Shown: positions 9,759-22,038, numbered from the stretch's first letter. The stretch: 58,862 bases of DNA from Gemmatimonadaceae bacterium (GCA_043753365.1 JAYUWU010000270.1:1-58862), one strand, 5' to 3'. Notes: generated by a model not told the origin, from the sequence alone. Made by a program: numbers and translations.

Positions 9759-10790
9759 TCAGCGATGGTCTCCGCCTGCCACGTTTGCAATCGTCAATGA
9801 AGCCGCCCGGCCGGGCTGAGTGTCGGACATCCTGATCGTCAGGAAAAAGTCACCAGGTTTCGCGCGCAGCCCAAGCACAGCCTCGTTCGCACTGGACGTG
9901 TGTCCAGCTGTCAGAGTGATGTTCCCCATCTGCCCGTATGCTCTTTGATATGACTCGATTCGCTCCTGCATCGTACGAGCAGGATTCGAAATAAGGTTCG
10001 TTTCGATGAATGACCGCATCCGGGCGTTGTCGCGACTGTTGAACGCCGCTATGTAGGCAAGTGCTATTCGTGCAGGAGGAGTGTCAGGAACTGCGGCGCT
10101 CCCCGTTGCCGCAGTTTGTGCCGCATATCCTGGGACCCCAGCGGCGGCCGTGCGGTTGCCCGTCGCGGCTGGCTGACTCGCCGCTGCCGGGGGTTCCTGC
10201 GATCCGCCCGCCAACATTTCCCAGTCGCTGAGGATAATGCGGCCAACGAGTTCGACGTTGCCCTTCGCATCAACGCGCACGACGGCAGCCTCGCTTTCAT
10301 TCACGTCACCTGGCTTGATTCCTGGCACGTGCTGCTCGATTACGAAGTGATGCGTGACCAGGAGCCGGTTCGTGCCGGGTTCCGGAGCAGCTTTGACCAG
10401 TGCAGCCTGTTCCGCGGTTGACGGAAAGACTCTGAGAGCCATGGTCGTTCGTGTTGGCGTCCCAACGGCGTACTCGGCCGTCTCCACTGTCCTGAACATC
10501 GGACTGGAGACAATCTCGGCGAATCGTATTCCGTACCTCTTGAAGACGGCGCCCATGAGCTTTGCATCGCGCACTCCCTGGTCATTCAGGTTGCGCTGCT
10601 CAGTCCGTTTTATCGGAACGGGGTCGCGCTGCTCCTGAATCGTTCGGTCGGTTCTGCCGTGTCGGAGCAGAACGGTGTAGCCGCCGCCCTGCAGCGCGGT
10701 CATCAGTTCTTCGCCTCGCATTTCGGGCGCGGAAAGCTGCAAGCCCGGGGTCCCGACAAGCATCATGAGTGCAGCAGTGAAGTGCAGCAT
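9759..10790 (-). CDS. Secreted histidine phosphatase family protein with extra C-terminal domain
   Basis: LLRHG, SSPMFRTVETA and LLVTHH motifs. Confidence 0.8.
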   Translation of the reverse strand: MLHFTAALMMLVGTPGLQLSAPEMRGEELMTALQGGGYTVLLRHGRTDRTIQEQRDPVPIKRTEQRNLNDQGVRDAKLMGAVFKRYGIRFAEIVSSPMFRTVETAEYAVGTPTRTTMALRVFPSTAEQAALVKAAPEPGTNRLLVTHHFVIEQHVPGIKPGDVNESEAAVVRVDAKGNVELVGRIILSDWEMLAGGSQEPPAAASQPAATGNRTAAAGVPGYAAQTAATGSAAVPDTPPARIALAYIAAFNSRDNARMRSFIETNLISNPARTMQERIESYQRAYGQMGNITLTAGHTSSANEAVLGLRAKPGDFFLTIRMSDTQPGRAASLTIANVAGGDHR

Positions 10791-11030
10791 CGAAGCTCCT
10801 GCTCAGTGTGTCAGTGTGTCCGCCTCAGCGGACGGGTGCGGTCACACGATGCGGGCCACGAGGACTCACTACAATGGGAAAAGCACTGAACGGTCAAGCG
10901 GCGTTGCGGGCGGTAACCGCGGCGCTCTCGTTGAGCCAGCTCCGCCTCGTTGCGCCGAAACGGGCCGGTAACCGGCACCGGATTGTTCGCTTCACCGATT
11001 CAGGTCAGCCGCGGGACTCGCAGTACGTAA

Positions 11031-11492
11031 TCAGGGTTCATCGAAGCTTGGACCATAGATCTGCGGGACCTTGGATCCCATTGGCCGAAGGTATGTCGTG
11101 ATCTGTCCGCGATGGTGCACGATGTCGAAGAGGAAGCTCCACGCCATTGGGGAAGCGGGACGTTCGCTTCCGAAGAATTCGAGGTTCCCTTCCCATCGCT
11201 CGGCGGGGAGCTCCTGCCAGCGGCGGAGCATGTTCTCGCTCTGCTGATCGTATGCGGCGAGCACTTCCGCCATCGTTTCAGGCATCGGTGGTGGAGCCCA
11301 CTCTGCCTTGCCGGTCTCGAGGGCCTCGATGATCATCTTCTCCTCGCAGACGATCTGCCACGCGATCTCTTTCGCGGTGCGCGAGTCGCCATCGGGCCTG
11401 TAGTCCGAAGAATCAGGAATCCGTGACAGCACCTTCCGCGTGGTCTTCGATTCGTCAGTCCAGAACTTCGTAAAGAGGGTCTTCTCCTGCAT
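11031..11492 (-). CDS. DinB family protein
   Basis: HHRGQITTYLRPMG..VPQIYGPS.DE C-terminus. Confidence 0.88.
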   Translation of the reverse strand: MQEKTLFTKFWTDESKTTRKVLSRIPDSSDYRPDGDSRTAKEIAWQIVCEEKMIIEALETGKAEWAPPPMPETMAEVLAAYDQQSENMLRRWQELPAERWEGNLEFFGSERPASPMAWSFLFDIVHHRGQITTYLRPMGSKVPQIYGPSFDEP

Positions 11493-11522
11493 GCGATCTT
11501 CTCCCTGTGCCGTGAATGCGTA

Positions 11523-13985
11523 TTACCTGGGGTCCAGAGTTTTGTCGATCCGTACGATTGCGTCTTCGAGATGTATGCGCGTGTTGCGATCGGAAACGCC
11601 TCGCGTAAGCGCCGCGCGCAGCTCGCCACGAAGCAGCTTAAGCTGATCGCGGATGAGCGGGCGGACGTCTGATTGCACAATCTTGAGATCGCCATTCAAT
11701 GTCGGATCTGTATCGCTGCCGACGCGCAGGTCGCCCGACCGGGGCGGACTCCAGCCGGTGTTGTCGGCAACATTGAGGAGGTTGTTCGCCTGTGCGAGAT
11801 ACGCGCGCTGGAGATTGCGGCGGTAGGTGTTGACCGCAGTTCCCGCGCGGGCGTCGCGCCACACTGCGGCGCGCGCGTCATCGAGCATCTGCGTCGGCCT
11901 GTATGTACTCGTCCCGTGAAACGCCTCGTGTTCGATCATCCGGGAAATGCGCGCGTGATTCAACAGGCGTTGCACTGCCAGGTCCTGGTATGCCCGAATC
12001 CGCTCGACGGCACCGGCATGCTCGAGGCGCCGCAACACATTCGTGTTGAGCGCCCATGTCGGCGTCGCAAGCACTTGCTCGTCGATGAACTTCATTGCCT
12101 TGCGCTGATACGCAGGTTCAACTGCAGTGTAAACGACTCCGGGCTCCCCGTATCGCTTGTGATGAGTCCACGATCCGCCGATCGCTGATGCCGCATGCTC
12201 GGCATAGCGGTTCCACTGAGTCAGCGACTGCAGGTAATGGGTCTCGAGCTCATAGTAGTCATCGCCGTTGCGCAGCAGCCATGGCATCAGGCTGTCCACC
12301 ATGACTTTCAGGTTCTTCATCCCGAGCGATGCGGCCTCTACAGGGTCAGCGCTGATCCCTTCAGTCATCCTGTAAGGATCCCACTCTTCATCCATTCCGA
12401 ACTGCGCGCCCGCGTACCTGAACCAGGGCTTGTCAGCGCGGTCTGTTATCCATTTGTGCAGAGTCGCTGTCTCGGCCTCTGGCGTTTTCGCAGCGATGAT
12501 CGGCCGATATCCCCAGTACACCGCCCAGCGATCCCAGACGCCCATGCGTCTTTCGGGAGGCACCCCGTCTCCCGGCTGTGCGGCGTAATTGAAACGTGTG
12601 CGTCCGACTGAAGAGCCGGAGTGTCCCATGCGCCTCACGAAGTCCGGATTCCGAATCGAGTCGACCGGGAAAACGAAATTCGCTCTCTGGTTGTGGGGAA
12701 GGCCAACCGAGTGTGCTGTCTCGTGAGATGTCACATACCGGATCGCCTCACCCATGAGATCGTCAGGAAGCCGGGAGGTGCGATACCGCTTGTCGTTCGC
12801 TGCCGTCGCCACCTGCGAGAGCAGCTGCCACCGCATGCGCTCCGCAACCGCTTCATACATGTTGGTGTGCGCCCGAAGGACTTCGCCGCTTCGCGGGTCG
12901 AGCACGTCGCCGCCCGAGTTCGCCGATCGCACTGTGCTCGGTACATACCGAAGGACAGAGTAGCGCGCATCGAGCAGCGAAAATTTCGGGTCCTGCTCCG
13001 GTGTCGGCGCGCGCCGCACCTGGAGCGCATTCTTGAATCCTGCATCCTCGAAAGCGCCGTTCCACTCAAGAATGCCTGCCTCGATGTAGGGAACCCATTT
13101 TTCGGGAGTCGCCGGATCGATATACCACACCCATGGATTCACCGGCTCGACGAGCTCACCGCGAAGAAACGCCGCTGTGTCCTTCGGCTCGAGCCGGTAA
13201 CGGCGAACGTATTCGTCAGCGCGGACGCCCTGGAAGTCGCGGGAAAAATTCGTCCGCGTAACGCTGATGAATCCGACACGCTCGTCCCAGATGCGCGGCA
13301 TCATCGGTTTTGCAGGAAGGAGAATCATCGAATGGTTCACTTCCATCGACACTGCGCCGCCGCGCGCATTGCTGGGCGGCTGGTCAGCGGTGTACGTCTG
13401 AGCCACTCGCACTTCGACGTTCGTCGGAAAGCTTCGTGCAAATTCGAGCCAGCTGCGGTCACGCTCGTATCTTCGCACCGCGAGCGTCGTGCGCTGCTGC
13501 CGCGGAAGCGTGAATGCGGGGTGCTCGCCGACATACAGCTCGGTTACATCGATGACACTGCTCGCAGCGCCGCGCGCCGCAATCGGAAAGGCCTGAAGCA
13601 CGGGTGCAAAATTCTGCTGCACTACTGCAATCGACCTCGCCGAACCCGAATCCGCCGTCGTCTGGTGTGATGTCGCGCGCAGGTGAACCTGTTCGCCGCG
13701 CCGCTCCCATCTCACGGTGATATTCGGCCCCATGTTAGCGCCAACCTGGGAGACACCTTCCTGCACCTGCCCGTAGCGCGACATGATGATCATGTCGCGG
13801 GTAAGCAGTGAATCTGGAATCTCGAAGAGCAGTTTCGCGCCAACTCGATGAACATCGAACAATCCGCGCTCGGAAGTCGAGTTGGGCGGCACTACCTCAG
13901 CATAAGGCTTCCCTTGTGCGCCGGCGGATGGTGCACCGGCAAGCAGAACAGCCACTAAAGCGAGAGAAATGCGGGGCATCGGCAT
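11523..13985 (-). CDS. Secreted zinc metalloprotease (DUF5118/DUF5117/DUF4953, EcxA-like)
   Basis: GLFDVH, PMMPRIWDERVGF, DPRSGE and HETAHSVGLPHN zinc motif. Confidence 0.9.
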   Translation of the reverse strand: MPMPRISLALVAVLLAGAPSAGAQGKPYAEVVPPNSTSERGLFDVHRVGAKLLFEIPDSLLTRDMIIMSRYGQVQEGVSQVGANMGPNITVRWERRGEQVHLRATSHQTTADSGSARSIAVVQQNFAPVLQAFPIAARGAASSVIDVTELYVGEHPAFTLPRQQRTTLAVRRYERDRSWLEFARSFPTNVEVRVAQTYTADQPPSNARGGAVSMEVNHSMILLPAKPMMPRIWDERVGFISVTRTNFSRDFQGVRADEYVRRYRLEPKDTAAFLRGELVEPVNPWVWYIDPATPEKWVPYIEAGILEWNGAFEDAGFKNALQVRRAPTPEQDPKFSLLDARYSVLRYVPSTVRSANSGGDVLDPRSGEVLRAHTNMYEAVAERMRWQLLSQVATAANDKRYRTSRLPDDLMGEAIRYVTSHETAHSVGLPHNQRANFVFPVDSIRNPDFVRRMGHSGSSVGRTRFNYAAQPGDGVPPERRMGVWDRWAVYWGYRPIIAAKTPEAETATLHKWITDRADKPWFRYAGAQFGMDEEWDPYRMTEGISADPVEAASLGMKNLKVMVDSLMPWLLRNGDDYYELETHYLQSLTQWNRYAEHAASAIGGSWTHHKRYGEPGVVYTAVEPAYQRKAMKFIDEQVLATPTWALNTNVLRRLEHAGAVERIRAYQDLAVQRLLNHARISRMIEHEAFHGTSTYRPTQMLDDARAAVWRDARAGTAVNTYRRNLQRAYLAQANNLLNVADNTGWSPPRSGDLRVGSDTDPTLNGDLKIVQSDVRPLIRDQLKLLRGELRAALTRGVSDRNTRIHLEDAIVRIDKTLDPR

Positions 13986-14073
13986 GATCGGTCCAGAGGT
14001 GTATTGAATGATTGGGACTGCGAGCGCGGCATGCCGAATGTAAGGCGACGTCTCGGGGCGGGTAAGCTGACTC

Positions 14074-14223
14074 CTACGCCGAAACCGATGGGAACAGTGT
14101 GCGTCCTGAAACTCCCTTTCCCGGGGTGTGCACCGTTCCAGGTCCGTCGGGTGGAGTGGACCCGTCGCAGGCGGTGAGAGCGATTGTCGCCACTGCGAGT
14201 GGCGCGAGAAGAGAGAGTTTCAT
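14074..14223 (-). CDS. Small 49-aa lipoprotein
   Basis: Manual translation MKLSLLAPLAVATIALTAC-DGSTPPDGPG...; lipobox LTAC. Confidence 0.55.
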   Translation of the reverse strand: MKLSLLAPLAVATIALTACDGSTPPDGPGTVHTPGKGVSGRTLFPSVSA

Positions 14224-14293
14224 TCTTTCAGGTTCGACTGCAGGGGCTGAATGCGTCTGGGAGATTGACGCTTATCCGGGCCGTGACCCTTAG

Positions 14294-14443
14294 AGCGGGA
14301 AACCCAGGGTGAACGGATTTGGCGGATAACTGCGCGGATCGGACGGGTAAATCGGACACGCATTTCACTTTTTCGAGCGAGGCGCTCTATCCGCCTGTTC
14401 CGCGCAGTTTATCAGTCAAATAGGCTCGCTATGGGTTTCCGCT
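14294..14443. repeat. Long palindromic element E2 (GCGGAT-type arms), overlapping the 3' end of the DUF1572 gene
   Basis: AGCGGGAAACCCAGGGTGAACGGATTTGGCGGATAACTGCGCGGA is inverted to TCCGCGCAGTTTATCAGTCAAAT...TGGGTTTCCGCT; ends match E6/E7. Confidence 0.85.
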
Positions 14444-14970
14444 TTGGGTGGCTTATCCTGCTTTGGGTCGGCGTTGTATGACGCCGACTCACCCGGCACA
14501 ATGCTCAGGTAATTCCACTCGCTTCCGCGCGCGGCATGTGCGACATACACGACCTGGCCGACGTGGTAAGCCGCGTGCGCGAGCGATCGGTGAAGTGCCT
14601 CACTCACGGTCAGGTCCTGCGCCCGGATATACACGGTGCGCGGCAGATCCCCATCGGTGAGCGTGCCAAGTGTCGCGAGGAGCACATCCCAGCCGGTGTT
14701 CCACTTTGTCGCCAGCTCATCGCGCGAAACCGTTCGCGCCGCAAATTCCTCTTCACGCTGGCGCCACGGCTTCTCGCCGTCGCTGCTCAGAAAATCAGTA
14801 AAGCGGGACTGGAGGTTCCCCGAGATGTGCCAGCAGATAGTCGCGAGCGAATTGCCATTCGACGGTCCGGGACTCGAGAGCGCTTCATCCGGCACCTGCT
14901 CGAGCGCTGCTTCGGCCAACGTCTTGTACCGTCTGAACTCTCCTTCGACTGACTTGATCAACGCGTTCAT
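14416..14970 (-). CDS. DUF1572/DinB-superfamily protein
   Basis: GNLQSRFTDFLSSDGEKPWRQREEEF and HAAYHVGQ; GGAGG SD before ATG 14970. Confidence 0.88.
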   Translation of the reverse strand: MNALIKSVEGEFRRYKTLAEAALEQVPDEALSSPGPSNGNSLATICWHISGNLQSRFTDFLSSDGEKPWRQREEEFAARTVSRDELATKWNTGWDVLLATLGTLTDGDLPRTVYIRAQDLTVSEALHRSLAHAAYHVGQVVYVAHAARGSEWNYLSIVPGESASYNADPKQDKPPKAETHSEPI

Positions 14971-15003
14971 CGCCGCCTCCACGATAGTCATTGTCGTCGA
15001 AAA

Positions 15004-15120
15004 TGTGCCGCCCAAAGAATCGAACTCTGGTTCGCAAGGTTCCAACGCCCTGTATTCATCGTGGGAATTGAACCCACTGCGTTGGCCTTCCTCTGCTGGG
15101 GAACCGCAACCCACGGCACA
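15004..15120 (-). ncRNA. Candidate structured RNA with two T-loop hairpins, upstream of the DUF1572 gene
   Basis: Closing stem UGUGCCG/CGGCACA; hairpins GUGGG-UUCAAUU-CCCAC and CAGAG-UUCGAUU-CUUUG; stem CCAACGC/GCGUUGG; TAGATT -10 box 5 nt upstream. Confidence 0.55.
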
Positions 15121-15204
15121 CGCGGAATCTAACCACTCCACATTCTCTCGCGATCGAGCCAAAGCAGCATACCCTTAGCTCGCGGATAGCATACATTTGA
15201 GAGC

Positions 15205-17852
<2,648 letters not shown>

Positions 17853-17868
<16 letters not shown>

Positions 17869-18470
17869 CGTTCGGCCCGACATCCTCGGTGGCGAACTCG
17901 ATTTCCTGGATCGCGCTGGTCACGATTTCGGCCGGGTGCTACGGCCCGTTACCTCACGCCGATCCCGCGGTGCCAGTCCGTCACTCCTCGGCAGACGCTG
18001 AGTATTTCACGGAGCACGTTCTGATGGTTCCGGTCGATGGAATGGAGCCCGGCGATCTTCGGGATTCGTTCAAGGCGCCGCGAGGTCAGGGCCGGATTCA
18101 CGGGGCCCTCGATATCCTGGCTCCGCGCGGAACTGCTGTCGTGGCTGCAATCGACGGTGAGATCATGCGGTTGCGGCAGAACGCAGCGGGGGGAGTCACA
18201 GCGTACCTCGTGGATGACCGCCGCAGATACGTCTACTATTACGCTCATCTCGACAGCTATTCCGACCAGGTAACTGAAGGCTTAAAAGTCAGGCAGGGGT
18301 TCGTGATAGGGTACGTGGGTACCAGCGGCAATGCTCCGCCGGACGTCCCGCATCTGCATTTTCAGGCGATGCGCCTGGCAGAGAATCAACGCGATTGGTG
18401 GAACGGCACGCCTGTTGACGTTCGTTCATTCATGGCAAGAAAAGGAAAGGCGAGAAATGAAGGGAAGTGA
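17853..18470 (+). CDS. M23 family peptidase
   Basis: HGALDILAPRGT, YYYAHLD and GNA....PHLHF. Confidence 0.9.
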
Positions 18471-18762
18471 AAGGGCAGGCTTGCGGGCCGAGGCGCATCA
18501 TTTGAGCGCTATCGTGCATGTGGGGCAGCATGGATTGACTCCGGCGCTCATAACATCGCTCGACGATGCGCTGAGGACCCACGAGCTGGTGAAGGTAAAG
18601 CTCGGGAAGAACGCTGAGACGACGGCCCGCGAGGCGGCCGGCAAGCTTGCCGAATCGACCGATTCTGAGGTAGTTCAGGTGATCGGCAGAACGGCGACTT
18701 TCTACAGGGAAAACCCCGATCTGAAAAAGAAAATGGAAGATTTGCCACCTTGGCGCCGATAG
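18457..18762 (+). CDS. yhbY: YhbY/CRM-domain RNA-binding protein
   Basis: LRAEAHHL, HELVKVK and VQVIGR. Confidence 0.9.
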   Translation: MKGSERAGLRAEAHHLSAIVHVGQHGLTPALITSLDDALRTHELVKVKLGKNAETTAREAAGKLAESTDSEVVQVIGRTATFYRENPDLKKKMEDLPPWRR

Positions 18763-18840
18763 CGGTGTACATCGTGCTATGTTACAAGTGTTTCTTCGGT
18801 TACTCGTTTAACCGGGCTGTAGCACAATGACACATATTTT

Positions 18841-18860
18841 TAGCGAATCTCCATTCGCTA
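18841..18860. promoter_or_regulatory. Probable TetR operator palindrome
   Basis: TAGCGAAT-CTCC-ATTCGCTA, 34 nt upstream of the TetR gene. Confidence 0.6.
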
Positions 18861-18894
18861 TCTGGCTTAAGTAAACACCCATTAAGGAAGGAAG

Positions 18895-19536
18895 ATGTCA
18901 CCACGTCCTCGCACAGTTCACGACGACGCCATCCTCGAAGCAGCCGTCGGGGTCCTCAGCCGGATTGGTCCGGACAAGATGACCCTCGCCGATGTTGGGT
19001 CAGCGGTTGGTCTTTCGGCAGCTACCCTGGTTCAGCGCTTCGGATCGAAACGCGAACTCATGCTCGCCCTCCTCCGCTACGCCACCGCGGACACTGACGC
19101 CCGGTTCGAGGCTGCCATAGAGCGTCACGACTCACCGTTGAACTCGCTTTTTGCCGCCGCAACGAGCCGGCCCGGCCCGATTGATGGCAGTGTAAGCTTT
19201 GCGAATCGGATGTCCTTCTATATGTCGCAGCTCAATGATGCCGAGTTCCGCGAAATTGCTGTTGAGAATGGGCAGCGGGCCGTGGCCGGCTACAAGCGGC
19301 TACTCGATTCCGCGGTTGAAGCTGGAGAACTTTCGGTCGGGTACACGGACACGGCGCAGCTTGCCGAAACGATCTACTCGATGATGATGGGATCGCTCGT
19401 CACGTGGGCGGTCATGAATGAGGGAACGTACCAGGCGAAGATGCGGCGTGATCTCGACCTTTTGCTACGTCCTTTCCGCCGCGGCCCGCGCAAGGCTGCT
19501 CCATCCGTGCATGCGCGGGTCGCAGTCGGAGTCTAG
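18895..19536 (+). CDS. TetR/AcrR family regulator
   Basis: N-terminal HTH TLADVGSAVGLSAATLVQRFGSKREL. Confidence 0.92.
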   Translation: MSPRPRTVHDDAILEAAVGVLSRIGPDKMTLADVGSAVGLSAATLVQRFGSKRELMLALLRYATADTDARFEAAIERHDSPLNSLFAAATSRPGPIDGSVSFANRMSFYMSQLNDAEFREIAVENGQRAVAGYKRLLDSAVEAGELSVGYTDTAQLAETIYSMMMGSLVTWAVMNEGTYQAKMRRDLDLLLRPFRRGPRKAAPSVHARVAVGV

Positions 19537-19949
19537 TAGCGCCTGTAGATCATCTGAACACCCTGGTCCTCAATGGTCAGGGTGCCCGCCTCGAGAAACC
19601 CGTAGTAGCGATGGCCGCCGCTTTCATCGAAAGTCAGCTCGCCGTTGTAGTAGTCATAGTAACCGTACGTCGATGTTGACCGCGTCGTCGACACCCCGTT
19701 TACAGTCTCCCTGATGATTCCGGCTTCGGTATATGTCCCGTTGTCTTCGAGGGTGAAGTTCGCGTTGAGGACCTCCACGCGGTATCCCGGCTCCTGGTAG
19801 ACCACTGACGGTACTCTGTCGCCGTTGATGGACGTCAGCTCGTAGGTACCGTCAACTCTCCCGCTATTCGCTATCGAATCAATTGCGTTGCAGCTCGAGA
19901 GAATGAAAACGGAGGCGAGAGCGAAGCTCATCTGCCAGATCTTTCTCAT
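19533..19949 (-). CDS. Lipocalin-like lipoprotein
   Basis: Lipobox LSSC; GTYELTSING motif; predicted all-beta. Confidence 0.75.
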   Translation of the reverse strand: MRKIWQMSFALASVFILSSCNAIDSIANSGRVDGTYELTSINGDRVPSVVYQEPGYRVEVLNANFTLEDNGTYTEAGIIRETVNGVSTTRSTSTYGYYDYYNGELTFDESGGHRYYGFLEAGTLTIEDQGVQMIYRRY

Positions 19950-20058
19950 GATGTCTCCTTTTAGGTGGAACCCCCGCCGTGGGAGCCCACAACTGGATAC
20001 ACCTGAGGAAGATCATTGTGCTCGAATGAGAATCTTGATGTCGGTCGTCGCCATTTCT

Positions 20059-20265
20059 GGAAGCGGGGACTACGGATTGAGGGCTCTGCGGAACCAGGAC
20101 CAACTACAATCGACGATCTTCGACTTATTACGGACCGAGGATGAACCGGGCATCAGGGTGCCTGCACTTTTCCACGTGACTCCGTATTTGTCCGCCATCC
20201 GCAATAAGTCGTCGATCGTCGATTGTGTTGGTCCTGGATCCGTACAGTCCTGAATCCGCGCTTCC
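20059..20265. repeat. Long palindromic element E3 (non-periodic arms of roughly 60-70 bp; central TTTTCCAC)
   Basis: CGGAACCAGGACCAACTACAATCGACGATCTTCGACTTATTACGGA pairs with TCCGCAATAAGTCGTCGATCGTCGATTGTGTTGGTCCTGGATCCG. Confidence 0.9.
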
Positions 20266-20357
20266 CCACATGAACGCCGGCCGACCACTACCAGATGTGC
20301 TCTCGTGCTGGCGTCAGCGAGCCCGGTCGCGTAACGTGAACGTACAACGGAGGAAGC

Positions 20358-20669
20358 GTGGGAGCGGAAGCGGCAATTGCGGTGATGCGGCGAAGGGAGA
20401 GGGAAGTCCGTCGTGCCTTCCACGATGCCGGGGCACTGGACCCGTCTGCCTCGAAGCCATTGCCGGACATGGGCCTTGAAGAATCGCGGGCGATAAAAAG
20501 ACTGGTGGATCGCAAGGTCGTGCGGGAATCATCTCCGGGCTGCTACTACTTCGATGAAGAAGTATGGCAGGCCGTCCGAGCCGCCCGGATGAAGATGGCG
20601 CTCATGTTGCTTGCAGCTGTTGGCATGACAGCGCTCGTCGGGCTCTACGCGGTATCTGCAGCGCGCTGA
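20358..20669 (+). CDS. Hypothetical protein with winged-helix-like segment and C-terminal TM anchor
   Basis: GGAGG SD before GTG; AIKRLVDRKVVRE..PGCYYFDE followed by a hydrophobic helix. Confidence 0.65.
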   Translation: MGAEAAIAVMRRREREVRRAFHDAGALDPSASKPLPDMGLEESRAIKRLVDRKVVRESSPGCYYFDEEVWQAVRAARMKMALMLLAAVGMTALVGLYAVSAAR

Positions 20670-20741
20670 TCAACGCGGTTGATATTCACATAACCGGGTC
20701 TATTTTTCCCATACTCGTTGTCGCAATCCAACAGCCAATAA

Positions 20742-21005
20742 ATGCCCTACGTCATCACCGAAGCCTGCAAGGACACGAAGGATAGAGCCTGCGTGGATGT
20801 GTGTCCCGTCGACTGCATCTATGAAGGTCCTGAGCAACTCTACATCCATCCTGACGAGTGCATCGACTGCGGCGCGTGCGAGCCGGAGTGTCCGGTCACA
20901 GCCATTTTCCCTGAAGAAGACGTTCCGGCGAACCTGAAGGAGTACATCCAGATCAATAAGGACGTATTCAAGGGGCCGAACCCGCCCGGTAGACCGTCAC
21001 GGTAA
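20742..21005 (+). CDS. 7Fe/8Fe dicluster ferredoxin (FdxA type)
   Basis: [11 protein letters not shown] and [13 protein letters not shown]. Confidence 0.95.
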   Translation: MPYVITEACKDTKDRACVDVCPVDCIYEGPEQLYIHPDECIDCGACEPECPVTAIFPEEDVPANLKEYIQINKDVFKGPNPPGRPSR

Positions 21006-21007
21006 CG

Positions 21008-21640
21008 TCAGGTCAGAAAATCCTTCGCGATAAAGGCCAGCACCAGCGCCACGTACTGAAGAAAAGTCGATATCTCTGACCGCCATGCCTGCGGCCAGTC
21101 GTGCTTGCCAGACACCGTCTTGTCAGGCTTCACCGGCAACCAACGCGGCGTGCAGTTCTTGTAGACCAGATACTCCCTGCCGAACGTCGACTCGAGCACG
21201 CCCTCCTCGTATCGCACTATGAAGCTGTACTCGAGCGCGAACAACAGCACGGCGAATGGAAGGAACCACACCACGCCTGATATCACCACGAATCCCATCC
21301 ACACGAGAAAATTCCCGTTGTAGAGCGGATTCCGGCTCCACGAAAAAATCCCGTACGCGACGAGCCGCTGGACGTTCCGTGAACGTCTCCGCGTCGCAGT
21401 ACCGGCTGCCGCCACTCCCGCAAGCCGGAAGAACTCGCCGATTCCGATGAGAATTGCGCCGATGACCCATGACGCAACTGTCGTTTCGCCCGGCGCGACG
21501 AGCGGAAGCCCGAGGAATAGAATCGGGAACCACGTCCGATACTTGAAGAGAAACGCACCAACTCTCGCCGCCGGTCTCAGCTCGGCCGCACTCTTCTGGA
21601 CGTCCACCTCCGCAGCCCGTGGCTTCGCCGGGGCTGTCAT
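21008..21640 (-). CDS. Isoprenylcysteine carboxyl methyltransferase (ICMT/PEMT) family membrane protein
   Basis: GIFSWSRNPLYNGN and YEEGVLESTFGREY..Y...PRW. Confidence 0.88.
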   Translation of the reverse strand: MTAPAKPRAAEVDVQKSAAELRPAARVGAFLFKYRTWFPILFLGLPLVAPGETTVASWVIGAILIGIGEFFRLAGVAAAGTATRRRSRNVQRLVAYGIFSWSRNPLYNGNFLVWMGFVVISGVVWFLPFAVLLFALEYSFIVRYEEGVLESTFGREYLVYKNCTPRWLPVKPDKTVSGKHDWPQAWRSEISTFLQYVALVLAFIAKDFLT

Positions 21641-22038
21641 GCTTCCTCCCAGGGCGAAAAAATCGCACGCCACTCTTCGGGGACAGGCATCGGCTTCCCT
21701 TCAGGATTGATGGTGACGTAGACGATCGTCGCCTCGCACACGACACCGTCCCGCTGATTCCGCGCAACCTGCTTCACGGTGAAGCTGGTTTTGCCGACAG
21801 TGACCAGACCGGTACGCACGATGAAATCGTCGCCCGGCAGGGCTGGGTTGCTGAAGGCGATATCGACGTGCCGCACGACAGCCCACTGTGCTCGCGTTAT
21901 GTAATCGCGGAACTCCATGTGCTTCTCGAGCGCCGCCCACCGCGCGCGCTCGAGCAGTGTGAGCATCACCGCGTGATTCACATGGCCCGCAGTATCGCAG
22001 TCGCCAGGATATATGTGGATCTTCAGTTCGTCAGCCAT
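21637..22038 (-). CDS. Acyl-CoA thioesterase (4HBT/YbgC hotdog fold)
   Basis: DCDTAGHVNHA...ERAR motif. Confidence 0.9.
   Translation of the reverse strand: MADELKIHIYPGDCDTAGHVNHAVMLTLLERARWAALEKHMEFRDYITRAQWAVVRHVDIAFSNPALPGDDFIVRTGLVTVGKTSFTVKQVARNQRDGVVCEATIVYVTINPEGKPMPVPEEWRAIFSPWEEA

Noticed and set aside
10791-11030. LytTR direct-repeat binding site
   Set aside because: Expected from context, but I could not identify a convincingly spaced repeat pair.
15004-15120. Canonical tRNA gene
   Set aside because: Too long, has two T-arms, and has no anticodon arm or CCA; kept only as a candidate ncRNA.
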